Source of the DNA: an uncultured virus (IMG/VR IMGVR_UViG_3300021142_001411)
Taxonomy: Duplodnaviria; Heunggongvirae; Uroviricota; Caudoviricetes
IMG/VR virus record: IMGVR_UViG_3300021142_001411
Direction: 5' to 3' (one strand)
Length of the DNA: 64,000 nucleotides
The notes under the pieces were generated by a model, which worked only from the letters and a program-made list of their open reading frames with translations, did no database searches and was not told the DNA's origin. Positions 27,137 through 36,679 of this stretch are shown piece after piece (the first letter of the stretch is position 1; every line of letters starts with the position of its first letter). A program made the translations under genes and the position numbers.

Positions 27137-27205
27137 ATGAAGGTATTAAAAGAAAAAAGATTATCTGCTAATGGGTATAAATGGAAATATTCTAATATTT
27201 ATTAG
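27137..27205 (+). pseudogene. Mini-ORF MKVLKEKRLSANGYKWKYSNIY; NUMOD1-like remnant
   Basis: SANGYKWKY resembles the C-terminal AxGYxWxY of NUMOD1-type domains. Confidence 0.45.
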
Positions 27206-27208
27206 GAT

Positions 27209-29056
27209 ATGGATAAGAATACAACATATAAAGATAATAGAATCCTTTTAATCGAATACGATGCAGGATACGTATCTCCTAAAGAAAATACTAAGATTAT
27301 ACAGGAAATGAAGGATTTGGACTATTCAGAAGACCTTATCCTTTATGCTGTGCTACAAAAATATGATACACCAAATAAGAATGGTAGAATTTATCCCGAA
27401 GTATTATTAAAGAGGGAAAACGAAAAATATCAATCTGTAATTAAAAAAGGTAGTGCTTTAAATGAATTAAATCACCCTTCATGTCACACGGGTGATGTTG
27501 ATATTTTAACAACCTCTGGTTGGAAAAATATCCAAAATTTAAGTGAGTTTGAAGAAATTATCACATTAAATGAAAATGGTGTTCAAGAGAACAAAAAAAT
27601 TTATTCAACGGTAAAAGAAAAATATAAAGGTAAGATGATTCGATTATATGGTCGTAACATTAATACTTTAGTAACTCCTAACCATAAATTTCCTGTTATA
27701 AACAATAAAAAATTTTCATTTATAACATCAGAAGAAATTTTAAAATCTTTTAATCAAAATAATAAACTTTCAAATTTTTATATACCTAAAGTAAGTAAAG
27801 TAAATGATTTGAAAAATGAATATTTTAAATTGGAAGGGGTTTTAGAAAATGAATTTGATATAAGATGTGAGGAAGATGTTAAATTTTTATATAAAAAAGA
27901 TTTATATATACCTATGGATGTTTTTATGTGGTTTATGGGTATATATTTATCTGAAGGACATGTTGGTTTAAGTAGCGTTAAAAAAAGAAAATCAATTCTT
28001 TCAAATGGTGAAACATGTTACTATGAATCATCCGATAATGGTTATATTGTTGGTATTTCGCAAAAAAAAGAAGAATCTACAGAATTAATTGAGGGATTAT
28101 TATCTTTTTTACCGTTTAATGTAAAAAAATATGTTAAAAAAAATGGTACAACTTCATTTATAATTAATGATAGACGATTGTGGAAATTTTTAAAACCTTT
28201 GGGAAAATCACATCAAAAATATATCCCTGAAATCTTAAAAAATCAATCACCTGAAAATTTAGAAAACCTTATTAAATGGTTTAAATTAGGAGACGGTAGA
28301 ACTATTGGAAAATACAACCAATCTGATATATTTTCAACATCAGAAAAATTAATTAATGATTTGCAAGAAATTCTAATAAAAACAGGTAAGTCTGGAAATA
28401 TTAGAAAAGAAATAAGAAATAAAGATAGGTTTATTATTGAAGATAATGGTAAAAAACGTCTAATAAAAGGTGAAAATACCAAAGACATGTGGTTTTTAAC
28501 ATTATCAAAAACAAATGGGATATATTTAGACAATCGTAGTCTTAAAGTTACTGAAGAAGATTTCGATGACTATGTTTATTCTGTTGACGTTCCAAACCAT
28601 ACGTATTATGTTAGAAGTAATGGTAAGTGTCATTGGACTGGAAATTCTTCACTTATCGACTTAGATAGAGTTTCACATTCAATATTGGAAACATGGTGGG
28701 ATGGAAAAATGTTAATGGGGAAAATTAAATTATTCACATCACCAGGTTGGAAAAAAATGGGCATTGTTAGTACCAAGGGTGACCAAGCTGCAATGTTATT
28801 AATGAACGGAGCAACACTTGGTATTTCTTCACGCGGTGTTGGTTCATTAAAGAATGTTAAAGGACAAAACATAGTTCAAGATGATTTTGAATTAGTGTGT
28901 TTTGACTTAGTATCATCACCATCTACACCTGGTGCATACATTTTTGCAGATCCATCTGAAAGAGACCAATATCAAGAATCTGAAGGAGAAAAACCTGCGG
29001 TAGACGATCGCATGAAAAAATTAATGGGTAATTTAAATAATTTTTTATCAAAATAA
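27209..29056 (+). CDS. Prohead core protease (gp21-like) with intein
   Basis: NKNGRIYP, ELNHP, RVSH, LGISSRGVGS, FDLVSSPS. Confidence 0.92.
   Translation: MDKNTTYKDNRILLIEYDAGYVSPKENTKIIQEMKDLDYSEDLILYAVLQKYDTPNKNGRIYPEVLLKRENEKYQSVIKKGSALNELNHPSCHTGDVDILTTSGWKNIQNLSEFEEIITLNENGVQENKKIYSTVKEKYKGKMIRLYGRNINTLVTPNHKFPVINNKKFSFITSEEILKSFNQNNKLSNFYIPKVSKVNDLKNEYFKLEGVLENEFDIRCEEDVKFLYKKDLYIPMDVFMWFMGIYLSEGHVGLSSVKKRKSILSNGETCYYESSDNGYIVGISQKKEESTELIEGLLSFLPFNVKKYVKKNGTTSFIINDRRLWKFLKPLGKSHQKYIPEILKNQSPENLENLIKWFKLGDGRTIGKYNQSDIFSTSEKLINDLQEILIKTGKSGNIRKEIRNKDRFIIEDNGKKRLIKGENTKDMWFLTLSKTNGIYLDNRSLKVTEEDFDDYVYSVDVPNHTYYVRSNGKCHWTGNSSLIDLDRVSHSILETWWDGKMLMGKIKLFTSPGWKKMGIVSTKGDQAAMLLMNGATLGISSRGVGSLKNVKGQNIVQDDFELVCFDLVSSPSTPGAYIFADPSERDQYQESEGEKPAVDDRMKKLMGNLNNFLSK
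27482..28645 (+). mobile_element. LAGLIDADG intein (388 aa) ending Gly-Asn
   Basis: S|CHTGD...VTPNH...GIYLSEG...YVRSNGKCHWTGN|S. Confidence 0.88.
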
Positions 29057-29135
29057 CCACTTTTTTATTGATTTTAATAGAGAAAAAATAGTTTTTCAAA
29101 AAAACATAATATTTATAATAAAATAAAAAATACAA

Positions 29136-30590
29136 ATGAGTCAAAAATCCATTTTAGAACAAGCTTTACTTCAAGTACAAAATCTTGAAGATGCAGTAAA
29201 AGTAAACGCAAAAGGAATACTTGAATCTACCATGAAACAAGAATTAAAAGATTTACTTAAAGAAAGTATGGAAGAAGAGGAAGATGTAACAACAGAAGCA
29301 GATGACGATGTTGATACGAATCCTGACGAAGAGGAAACAGATGATATGTCAGACGACACAGATGAAACAGATGTAGATGATACAGATGGTAATGAAGGTG
29401 ACGATACTGAAAATGATGAAGACCTTGATAAAGAACCTGATAATGATTCAGATGATTATGGAAATGATGAGGATTCTTTAGACGAAGAAGGTGAAGAAGA
29501 TGAACCATCAATTGATGATTCAGATGATTCAGATGATTCAGATGTTATGGACATGACTGGTGCATCACATGATGAAGTTTTGAAAGTTTTTAAAGCAATG
29601 AAACCAGAAGATGGTATTGTAGTTAAAAAAGATGGAAACAAAATTGAATTTAATGATGGTGAGTCAGATTACATTATCAAATTAGATGATGAAGGTGAAA
29701 TGGATGAAAATTGGGAGCACGATATGGCTGAAAACGATAATCCATTCGATAAAAAAGTTGGTAATCCAAAAATGAGACCTGGACATTCAGTTATTACTGG
29801 AAAAGGAGCTGGTTCACATAGTGAAACTTTTAATAAACCTTCAACGGAAGACCATGATCCATTCGATAAAAAAGTTGGTAATCCAAAAATGAGACCTGGA
29901 CATTCAGTTGCAATTGACGAAAATGATGAACCATTTTCTAAGAAAGTTACTGGTAAATTAAAATCAGAAAAAGGTCATTCAGTAGCAATGGACGAAAATG
30001 GTGATCCTTATTCTAAAAAAACAAGTCAACCAAAAATGAGACCTGGTCATTCAGTAGCAATGGACGAAACAGACGAAACTGTTTATGAAATTGAACTTGA
30101 TGACGAAGGTAAAGAAGGTGATCAAAATGAAGCATCAAGAACATTCGGTAATGGAGTAAGAGGACCAAGACAAAAATATACGTATCAAGCTGGTCGTCAC
30201 GAAATGAACGAAGAAATTAGTAAATTAAGAAAACAAAACGCTGAGTATAAGAAAGCTTTAGTTTTATTCAAAGACAAACTTAACGAGGTTGCAGTATTCA
30301 ACGCTAATCTTGCACACATGACATGTTTATTTACCGAACAAACAACAACTAAAAAAGAGAAATTGAATATTATTAAGAGATTTGATTCAATTTCTTCAAT
30401 AAACGAATCAAAAAATTTGTTTAGAATAATCGAAACTGAATTAACTGACAAAAAACCAATTAGTGAAGCAGTAGTAGAAAAAATCTCTATGACACCAACA
30501 TCTTCTTCTACGAATGTATTATCAGAAGCAAAAGCATATGAAAATCCACAATTCAAGAGAATGAAAGATTTAATGTCAAAATTAAAATAA
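29136..30590 (+). CDS. Prohead scaffolding protein (gp22-like)
   Basis: Acidic/coiled-coil ORF between protease and capsid. Confidence 0.75.
   Translation: MSQKSILEQALLQVQNLEDAVKVNAKGILESTMKQELKDLLKESMEEEEDVTTEADDDVDTNPDEEETDDMSDDTDETDVDDTDGNEGDDTENDEDLDKEPDNDSDDYGNDEDSLDEEGEEDEPSIDDSDDSDDSDVMDMTGASHDEVLKVFKAMKPEDGIVVKKDGNKIEFNDGESDYIIKLDDEGEMDENWEHDMAENDNPFDKKVGNPKMRPGHSVITGKGAGSHSETFNKPSTEDHDPFDKKVGNPKMRPGHSVAIDENDEPFSKKVTGKLKSEKGHSVAMDENGDPYSKKTSQPKMRPGHSVAMDETDETVYEIELDDEGKEGDQNEASRTFGNGVRGPRQKYTYQAGRHEMNEEISKLRKQNAEYKKALVLFKDKLNEVAVFNANLAHMTCLFTEQTTTKKEKLNIIKRFDSISSINESKNLFRIIETELTDKKPISEAVVEKISMTPTSSSTNVLSEAKAYENPQFKRMKDLMSKLK
29741..30067 (+). repeat. Tandem coding repeats (PFDKKVGNPKMRPGHSV) in scaffold
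   Basis: ccattcgataaaaaagttggtaatccaaaaatgagacctggacattcagtt twice plus two degenerate copies. Confidence 0.8.
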
Positions 30591-30630
30591 AAATAAATAA
30601 AAATAAAACAAAAATTAAAAAACAATTAAA

Positions 30631-32421
30631 ATGGGAGCATTATTAGAATCAGGTATGGTTGGTAATATAGGGTTAAAACACCTTAGAGTTATCAAAGAAG
30701 ATACCATCAGCAAATGGGACTCATTAGGATTCTTAGAGGGTCTTGATGGTCATCAAAGAGAAAACGTGGCGCAATTATACGAAAACCAAGCGTCATATTT
30801 GATAAACGAAGCAGCGACTGCAGATGCATCAGGTTCTTTTGAAACTGTTGTATTCCCTATCATCAGACGTGTATTCTCTAAATTATTAGCGAATGATATC
30901 GTATCTGTACAGGCAATGAACTTACCAATTGGTAAATTGTTCTTCTTCATTCCAAAAATACAAGATAGATATTCTGATCCTTTAACAGGACCAAACTCAC
31001 ACTACCACCCTTACGGTTATCCAAGTACTTCTTCTACATGGAACGAAGGTTACTTAAACCAAGCACAAAATTTATATGATCGTTTTTACACTAACGGTGA
31101 TGGTAACGATGCTAATTCAAGTTTATATGACTATTCTAAAGGTCAATATTCTGCAATCACTGGTATTGTACCAGCATCTGCAGTTACTTTTAGTAATGGT
31201 GTAGTTAGTTCATTACCACTTACTGGTATAACAGGTACAAGTGCACAACCTTACATAGTGTTAGCATTTACTGGTTTCACTACAACAGGTGAAGGTCAAT
31301 TAATCGGTCCAAATGGTAACATTATGGACACAGAAGAATTCTTAGCATCTATGGAAATTTTCATTGGTGGTTCTTTAAGTTCAAATACTTATCAAGGTTC
31401 TTTATCAAGAAATTTCTCTATCGTTACACAAAAATATGGTAAAGGTATTGTTGAGTACGGTCAAAAATTAACTTCAACATTCCCAACACAATCAAGTGGT
31501 CAATATTATGTTGATACTGTAAACCAACAAGGTACAATGTATGTTCAAGTGGATATGCAAAACTACACTACAACTGGTTTCACTAACATAGTACCAGGTA
31601 CAGGTTTCACATTATCTGATTTTTCACTAAGTTATAGAGTATACGATACATTGGAATTTGAAGATCAAATTGGTGAGGTATCTTTTGATTTGCAATCTGT
31701 AACTGTTTCTGTAACAGAAAGAAAATTAAGAGCATCATGGTCTCCTGAATTGGCTCAAGACGTAAGTGCTTTCCATAACATTGATGCTGAAGCTGAATTA
31801 ACCGCTTTATTATCTGAACAAATTGCAGCAGAAGTTGACCGTGAAATCCTTCGTGATTTGAGAAAAGGTGCAGCATGGAATGCTAAATGGGATTACAATG
31901 AGTGGAGATATGGTGGTGCTAACGGTGCTACTTTACAAGGTTACACTCAAAAAGACTGGAACCAAACATTGATTACAAAAATCAATCAGTTATCAGCTCA
32001 AATCCATAAAACTACTTTAAGAGGTGGTGCTAACTGGATCGTTGTTTCATCAGAAGTTTCTGCAGTATTCGATGATTTAGAGTACTTCCACGTTTCAAAC
32101 GCATCTCCTGAAGAAGATCAATACAACATGGGTATCGAGAAAATTGGTACTTTAGGTGGTCGTTATCAAGTTTATCGTGATCCATACTTCCCACCTAACA
32201 AAGTGTTAATTGGACATAAAGGTAAATCATTGTTAGATAGTGGTTACATATACGCACCATACGTGCCATTGCAACTTACCCCAACAATGTTTAATCCGTT
32301 CACTATGACACCGATTAAAGGTATCATGACTAGATACGCGAAAAAAATGGTCAATAACCGCTACTTCGGGGTTATTACCGTAAGAGGTATTCAAGTGTTT
32401 AACAATGACACATTAAGATAA
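30631..32421 (+). CDS. Major capsid protein (gp23-like)
   Basis: SVQAMNLP.G, RKLRASWSPELAQD, AEAELTALLSEQI, YAPYVPL, GIMTRYA. Confidence 0.95.
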   Translation: MGALLESGMVGNIGLKHLRVIKEDTISKWDSLGFLEGLDGHQRENVAQLYENQASYLINEAATADASGSFETVVFPIIRRVFSKLLANDIVSVQAMNLPIGKLFFFIPKIQDRYSDPLTGPNSHYHPYGYPSTSSTWNEGYLNQAQNLYDRFYTNGDGNDANSSLYDYSKGQYSAITGIVPASAVTFSNGVVSSLPLTGITGTSAQPYIVLAFTGFTTTGEGQLIGPNGNIMDTEEFLASMEIFIGGSLSSNTYQGSLSRNFSIVTQKYGKGIVEYGQKLTSTFPTQSSGQYYVDTVNQQGTMYVQVDMQNYTTTGFTNIVPGTGFTLSDFSLSYRVYDTLEFEDQIGEVSFDLQSVTVSVTERKLRASWSPELAQDVSAFHNIDAEAELTALLSEQIAAEVDREILRDLRKGAAWNAKWDYNEWRYGGANGATLQGYTQKDWNQTLITKINQLSAQIHKTTLRGGANWIVVSSEVSAVFDDLEYFHVSNASPEEDQYNMGIEKIGTLGGRYQVYRDPYFPPNKVLIGHKGKSLLDSGYIYAPYVPLQLTPTMFNPFTMTPIKGIMTRYAKKMVNNRYFGVITVRGIQVFNNDTLR

Positions 32422-32440
32422 TCTTATAAAAAACAAAATA

Positions 32441-32470
32441 AAAAACCTTCGAGAAATCGAAGGTTTTTTT
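32441..32470 (+). terminator. Intrinsic terminator after capsid gene
   Basis: AAAACCTTCGA-GAAA-TCGAAGGTTTTTTT. Confidence 0.88.
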
Positions 32471-32525
32471 ATGTCTTTTAATTGACAATTGATTTTTTGG
32501 TGTATTTATATTATATTTGTTTATT

Positions 32526-33212
32526 ATGAAGAAAAAAGAAATTACCGAAGAAGGGTTGAAAAATTTAATAAAAGATTATACTGATAATTTTTTAAGTTCA
32601 AACACATTATCTGAAAAATATGATTTACCTAAAAAAAGAGTTTTATTAATATTAAAAGAAAATAATATTAAAATGAGAAATTCTGGAAGATTAGATCTTG
32701 GTGGAAAAAAAATTGCAAATAAAAAATGGATTGAATTAAATAAAGAATATGTTAGTAAAAAACAAAAAGAATGGTATGAAGATAATAAAGAATATAGAAA
32801 AAATTATCTAAAAGAATATCGAAAAAATAATTACGAAAAAATAAAAGAAACAAAACGTAATTATGAAAAAACGCGTAAATCAAATGATCCGTTATATAAA
32901 TTAATTGGTAATTTTAGGACAGCAATTTATATTGTTCTAAAAGAAAATAACATAAAAAAATATGGACATTATTTTGATATATTAGGTTATAAACCGAAGG
33001 ATTTGATAGAACATTTGGAAAAAAAATTTACGGATGAGATGACATGGGATAATTATGGTGAATGGCATGTTGATCATAAATTACCAATAACATCATTTAA
33101 TTTTAAAGATATAAATGATGAGGAGTTTAAAAAATGTTGGTCGTTGGATAATCTTCAACCAATGTGGGGTTCTGAAAACATATCTAAATCTAATAAATTA
33201 TTTTTTGCTTAA
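32526..33212 (+). CDS. HNH-type homing endonuclease
   Basis: MTWDNYGEWHVDHKLP...CWSLDNLQPMW..EN..KSN. Confidence 0.8.
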   Translation: MKKKEITEEGLKNLIKDYTDNFLSSNTLSEKYDLPKKRVLLILKENNIKMRNSGRLDLGGKKIANKKWIELNKEYVSKKQKEWYEDNKEYRKNYLKEYRKNNYEKIKETKRNYEKTRKSNDPLYKLIGNFRTAIYIVLKENNIKKYGHYFDILGYKPKDLIEHLEKKFTDEMTWDNYGEWHVDHKLPITSFNFKDINDEEFKKCWSLDNLQPMWGSENISKSNKLFFA

Positions 33213-33238
33213 TAATTTTTTTTTATTATATTTGTGTT

Positions 33239-33547
33239 ATGGGAGAAATTGAATATGAAAAACTACGTTTAGATGTTTTACAAAAATTAATTGAAGAACG
33301 TGGAATTGAATGTAAATCAAACAAAACAGAAATAATAAAACATCTTATAATGGATGATGAAGGAAAGTATATTAGAGAAACGACATATGAGAAATATGGA
33401 AAAGATATGTTTCTTTGTGGTATTGATATAAAAAATCAAAAACACATTATGGATATGAGTAAACTAATAGAAAAAAAAGAAGCAAAAAGATTCGATATGT
33501 ATTCAAATAATAGAATACATTATATAACAAAACAAAAATTAATGTAA
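33239..33547 (+). CDS. Hypothetical protein
   Basis: Preceded by TTTG..TATATTTG promoter; TAATG-coupled to deaminase. Confidence 0.6.
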   Translation: MGEIEYEKLRLDVLQKLIEERGIECKSNKTEIIKHLIMDDEGKYIRETTYEKYGKDMFLCGIDIKNQKHIMDMSKLIEKKEAKRFDMYSNNRIHYITKQKLM

Positions 33548-33987
33548 TGGAATGGAATGAATATTTTTTAAGTATTGCAGAACAAGTAAAAGTAAAATCA
33601 AAAGATATTAATACACAGATAGGTGCGGTTATCGTTGGGAGTGACAGGGAGATACTTTCTACGGGTTATAATTCGTTTCCAAGGGGTTTGGATGATACGA
33701 AAGAAGAACGTCAGGAAAGACCTGAAAAGTACTTCTGGATGGAACATGCTGAACGTAATGCAATATATAATGCGGCAAGAGTTGGAACACCAATAAAAGA
33801 TTCATCAATTTATATCACATCTGGTGTTCCTTGTATGGATTGTGCAAGAGGAATAATTAATTCAGGTATTAAAAAAGTATATTGTAAAAGGGTTTGTACT
33901 ACTACAAATAAAGATATGTGGGATGAACACCAGAAACGTAGCATAGACATGTTACATGAATGTGGTGTGGAAGTTATATTTTATTAG
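33547..33987 (+). CDS. dCMP deaminase
   Basis: TGYN, HAERNA, PCMDC. Confidence 0.92.
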   Translation: MEWNEYFLSIAEQVKVKSKDINTQIGAVIVGSDREILSTGYNSFPRGLDDTKEERQERPEKYFWMEHAERNAIYNAARVGTPIKDSSIYITSGVPCMDCARGIINSGIKKVYCKRVCTTTNKDMWDEHQKRSIDMLHECGVEVIFY

Positions 33988-34474
33988 GTAATTGATCGTA
34001 ATAATTTTTTAATTGATGTTCGTATTTAAAATATTTTATATTATCCGGTGGATTATAATTAACCATTTCTCTACCTTTAATTACCAATCCATCATAACCT
34101 AAATTTAACATTTCAGTTCTTATATCAGTTTGATTAAAAAATTCAGTTGGATTATAAGACATATTGCGTTCTTTACACCAATTGTTAATTACATTTTGAA
34201 GAAAGATTTCTGCCAAATTTGCATCATGAACAACTTTTGGTGTTTTTGGAATAGCATTTAATACGAAATAAACTTTACCGTATTTGTTTGCCATACTTTT
34301 ATTACTTAGAAATGCAGTATATAATCCTGAACCAAATCTACCACCCGCATTATTTTCTTTACCGAGTTCATTAACACCACGTAACGTTACATTTTTACGT
34401 TTCCATTTAAGATAATCTTGGTGAGATTGTTCGGTTAATGTTTTTAGTTGTTCTTCTGTTATAATTATTTTCAT
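33974..34474 (-). CDS. Putative ADP-ribosyltransferase-fold protein with MKIIITEEQL leader
   Basis: LRG...RFGSGLYT...ANKYG...GYDGLVI..REMV pattern. Confidence 0.45.
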   Translation of the reverse strand: MKIIITEEQLKTLTEQSHQDYLKWKRKNVTLRGVNELGKENNAGGRFGSGLYTAFLSNKSMANKYGKVYFVLNAIPKTPKVVHDANLAEIFLQNVINNWCKERNMSYNPTEFFNQTDIRTEMLNLGYDGLVIKGREMVNYNPPDNIKYFKYEHQLKNYYDQLPNKI

Positions 34475-35010
34475 AAATTATTATTAGGTAATTTAGTGTC
34501 TTTTATGAATTTACTATGTGAATTTTTATAAGATTTTTGTGATTCATCTTCCACATCTTTTGTGTATTGCCAGTTCCAATATAAGTCATTGTTTGGTTTG
34601 AATTCGTAAAATCTATGTACTTCTTTTTGAAGGTTATTAACATTTTCACCATTCCAATTTTGACCAACACATATATAACCGGTTTCAATATCTTTAACTA
34701 AATTTTGTTCACCTAAAGTTGTCCTAATATTTTCTATCCAATTTAATCTTTCAATTAAATTTTGATAATACATATTGGTTTGTCCCCATCTTATTGAACT
34801 AAAAAAAATGACAGCATCAGATTCAAACAATTCTTTACTAATCTTCCAAAGTTCGTCTTTTGGGTTATTAAAACTTGCCCAACATCTGTGATGACCTGAT
34901 GGGTTTTTATCTTTATCTTTAAGTTTTGATTTTAATAAACCACAAGTATTATCATCTTTTCTTGATACATTTCCCTCACAAGGTAAAATATTTAATTCTG
35001 GAACATCTAT
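34471..35010 (-). pseudogene. 5'-truncated flavodoxin/NADPH-dependent FMN-reductase-like gene
   Basis: Open frame IDVPELNILPCEG...HRCWAS...ESDAVIFFSSIRWG extends to an in-frame TAA with no ATG. Confidence 0.6.
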
Positions 35011-35047
35011 TTAAAATATTTTTTATTCTATAAACAAATGCCATAAT

Positions 35048-35776
35048 TTACCAAAATTTACAGCTCCAGTATCTCGGAGAGGTTTTATCTTTAGCAGTAT
35101 CACAATGGTGTCTTGCTCTAAATGATTTACGATGTGATGGGATATGTTTTTTAATTCTCATATTTGGGTCACCAAAATTAACTTTTATAACATTACCCTT
35201 TTCATTTTTAACATAAACAGAACGTTTTTTGGGTCCATTTGGTGTTAAAAATGGTTTACCTAACTGAACTTTTCTTCCTTTATATTCTGCTTCATTCAAT
35301 AATTCATCAGGAATGAAATTAGTATTTTGAACAGAACCAAATTCATCTTCAAAAATAATATCATTATTCTCATCAAATTCATTTAATGAATGTATTTCTT
35401 TTAAAATTAAATTTGTAATATTACTTATAATTTCTTCATTATAATGAGTTAATTTAGGTGAGTTACCAGTACCACTTTTTGGGTGATCTTTTTCTGCATT
35501 TCTTTTTTGATTCGTCATTGCCTTTTTTTCTTTTTTTGTATATGAATTAGCTGTTTTTGGCGTTTCTTTTGAAACTTTTTTGGATGGTCTACATTTTGGG
35601 TAACTTCCATCTGCCGCCTTCTTTCTTCCACATGGTGGATGTTTTCCATTAACTTTTTTGCTAACGTCAACCCATTTTTCTTTAAACCATCTATTAAGAT
35701 CTTCTTTTAAAACCTCACCAGATTCTAAAGATTCTTGAATGTAATTAAAATCTTCTTTATTAACTAATATTTTCAT
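35048..35776 (-). CDS. Modular hypothetical phage protein (Cys/His-containing modules)
   Basis: RWFKEKWVD..CGR..YPKCRP and KVNFGDPNM..RKSFRARHHC..YWSC. Confidence 0.65.
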   Translation of the reverse strand: MKILVNKEDFNYIQESLESGEVLKEDLNRWFKEKWVDVSKKVNGKHPPCGRKKAADGSYPKCRPSKKVSKETPKTANSYTKKEKKAMTNQKRNAEKDHPKSGTGNSPKLTHYNEEIISNITNLILKEIHSLNEFDENNDIIFEDEFGSVQNTNFIPDELLNEAEYKGRKVQLGKPFLTPNGPKKRSVYVKNEKGNVIKVNFGDPNMRIKKHIPSHRKSFRARHHCDTAKDKTSPRYWSCKFW

Positions 35777-35784
35777 TGTTTATA

Positions 35785-36114
35785 TTATTTAACTGTTCTC
35801 CATCCACCACCTTTAGATTTATATCTTTTAGCAGCAGCACCATTACAATATGCACTTGGACAGACTTTGTATTTAGATCTTGCCCACGCTAAACAACTAG
35901 CCCATAATTTTGAGTTTGTTGGTTTGTGTTTTGCTTCATCTATTTCCATTTCTTCATTGTCTTCGTTTATTGTTTTATTTTTAGGAACACAATTAGGAAC
36001 TTCTTTTCCATTTTTCATTTTTTTACCAACCATTTTATAACCCTCCCAACAAGTACTATCCATTTTTTCATTAAGGATTGATCTTAATTGTTCTTCTGTT
36101 ATTATTATTTTCAT
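35785..36114 (-). CDS. Hypothetical protein with MKIIITEEQL leader
   Basis: CWEGYKMVG..VPNCVP module. Confidence 0.65.
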   Translation of the reverse strand: MKIIITEEQLRSILNEKMDSTCWEGYKMVGKKMKNGKEVPNCVPKNKTINEDNEEMEIDEAKHKPTNSKLWASCLAWARSKYKVCPSAYCNGAAAKRYKSKGGGWRTVK

Positions 36115-36120
36115 ATTTTA

Positions 36121-36666
36121 TTAATTAATATATGCGTTTAGTTCGTATTTTTTACCCAAGTCAGTTACTTGTATTTGTAATGCCTTTCTTTGTTCTCTAC
36201 CATTTTTGAAAAGGGTGATAGTAAATCTATTTGTTCTACCATTTCTTGGTCTAGCAGGACCAAAACCTATTTTAGTTGCTGTTTCATCTTTATCATATTC
36301 ATAACCTCTAGCTTCAGCATATTCCAATGCTGAATTTATTGCGGAAGTATATGTATCGTGATATACTTTATAATCAAATTTTGATTCATTTAAATTTTGT
36401 TGTTCAAAATAACCTTCCATAAAGTTTGCAACTTCTTCAATATCATCTTTTGATGTTGTGATATGGTCTGCGGCCCAAGCATGTTCACCAGTGATTAATT
36501 TATCAAAACCTGGATGATGTTTAAAATTCAATATTTTTTCAATATCATTTTTCAAATTAACTAAATTAGATAGAACCATATATGTACCATCATTTTTTTC
36601 TTTTTCAATTTGTTCAGAAATAATTCTTTTTAATTGAGCTTCACTAATTTTAATTTTTCTTTTCAT
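36121..36666 (-). CDS. Hypothetical protein (start MKRKIKISEAQL)
   Basis: TATTTAT motif precedes ATG 36666. Confidence 0.6.
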   Translation of the reverse strand: MKRKIKISEAQLKRIISEQIEKEKNDGTYMVLSNLVNLKNDIEKILNFKHHPGFDKLITGEHAWAADHITTSKDDIEEVANFMEGYFEQQNLNESKFDYKVYHDTYTSAINSALEYAEARGYEYDKDETATKIGFGPARPRNGRTNRFTITLFKNGREQRKALQIQVTDLGKKYELNAYIN

Positions 36667-36679
36667 AATATATAAATAC

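Noticed and set aside
29741..30067. CRISPR-like direct repeats
   Set aside because: In-frame coding repeats of the scaffold; no regular spacers or cas genes.
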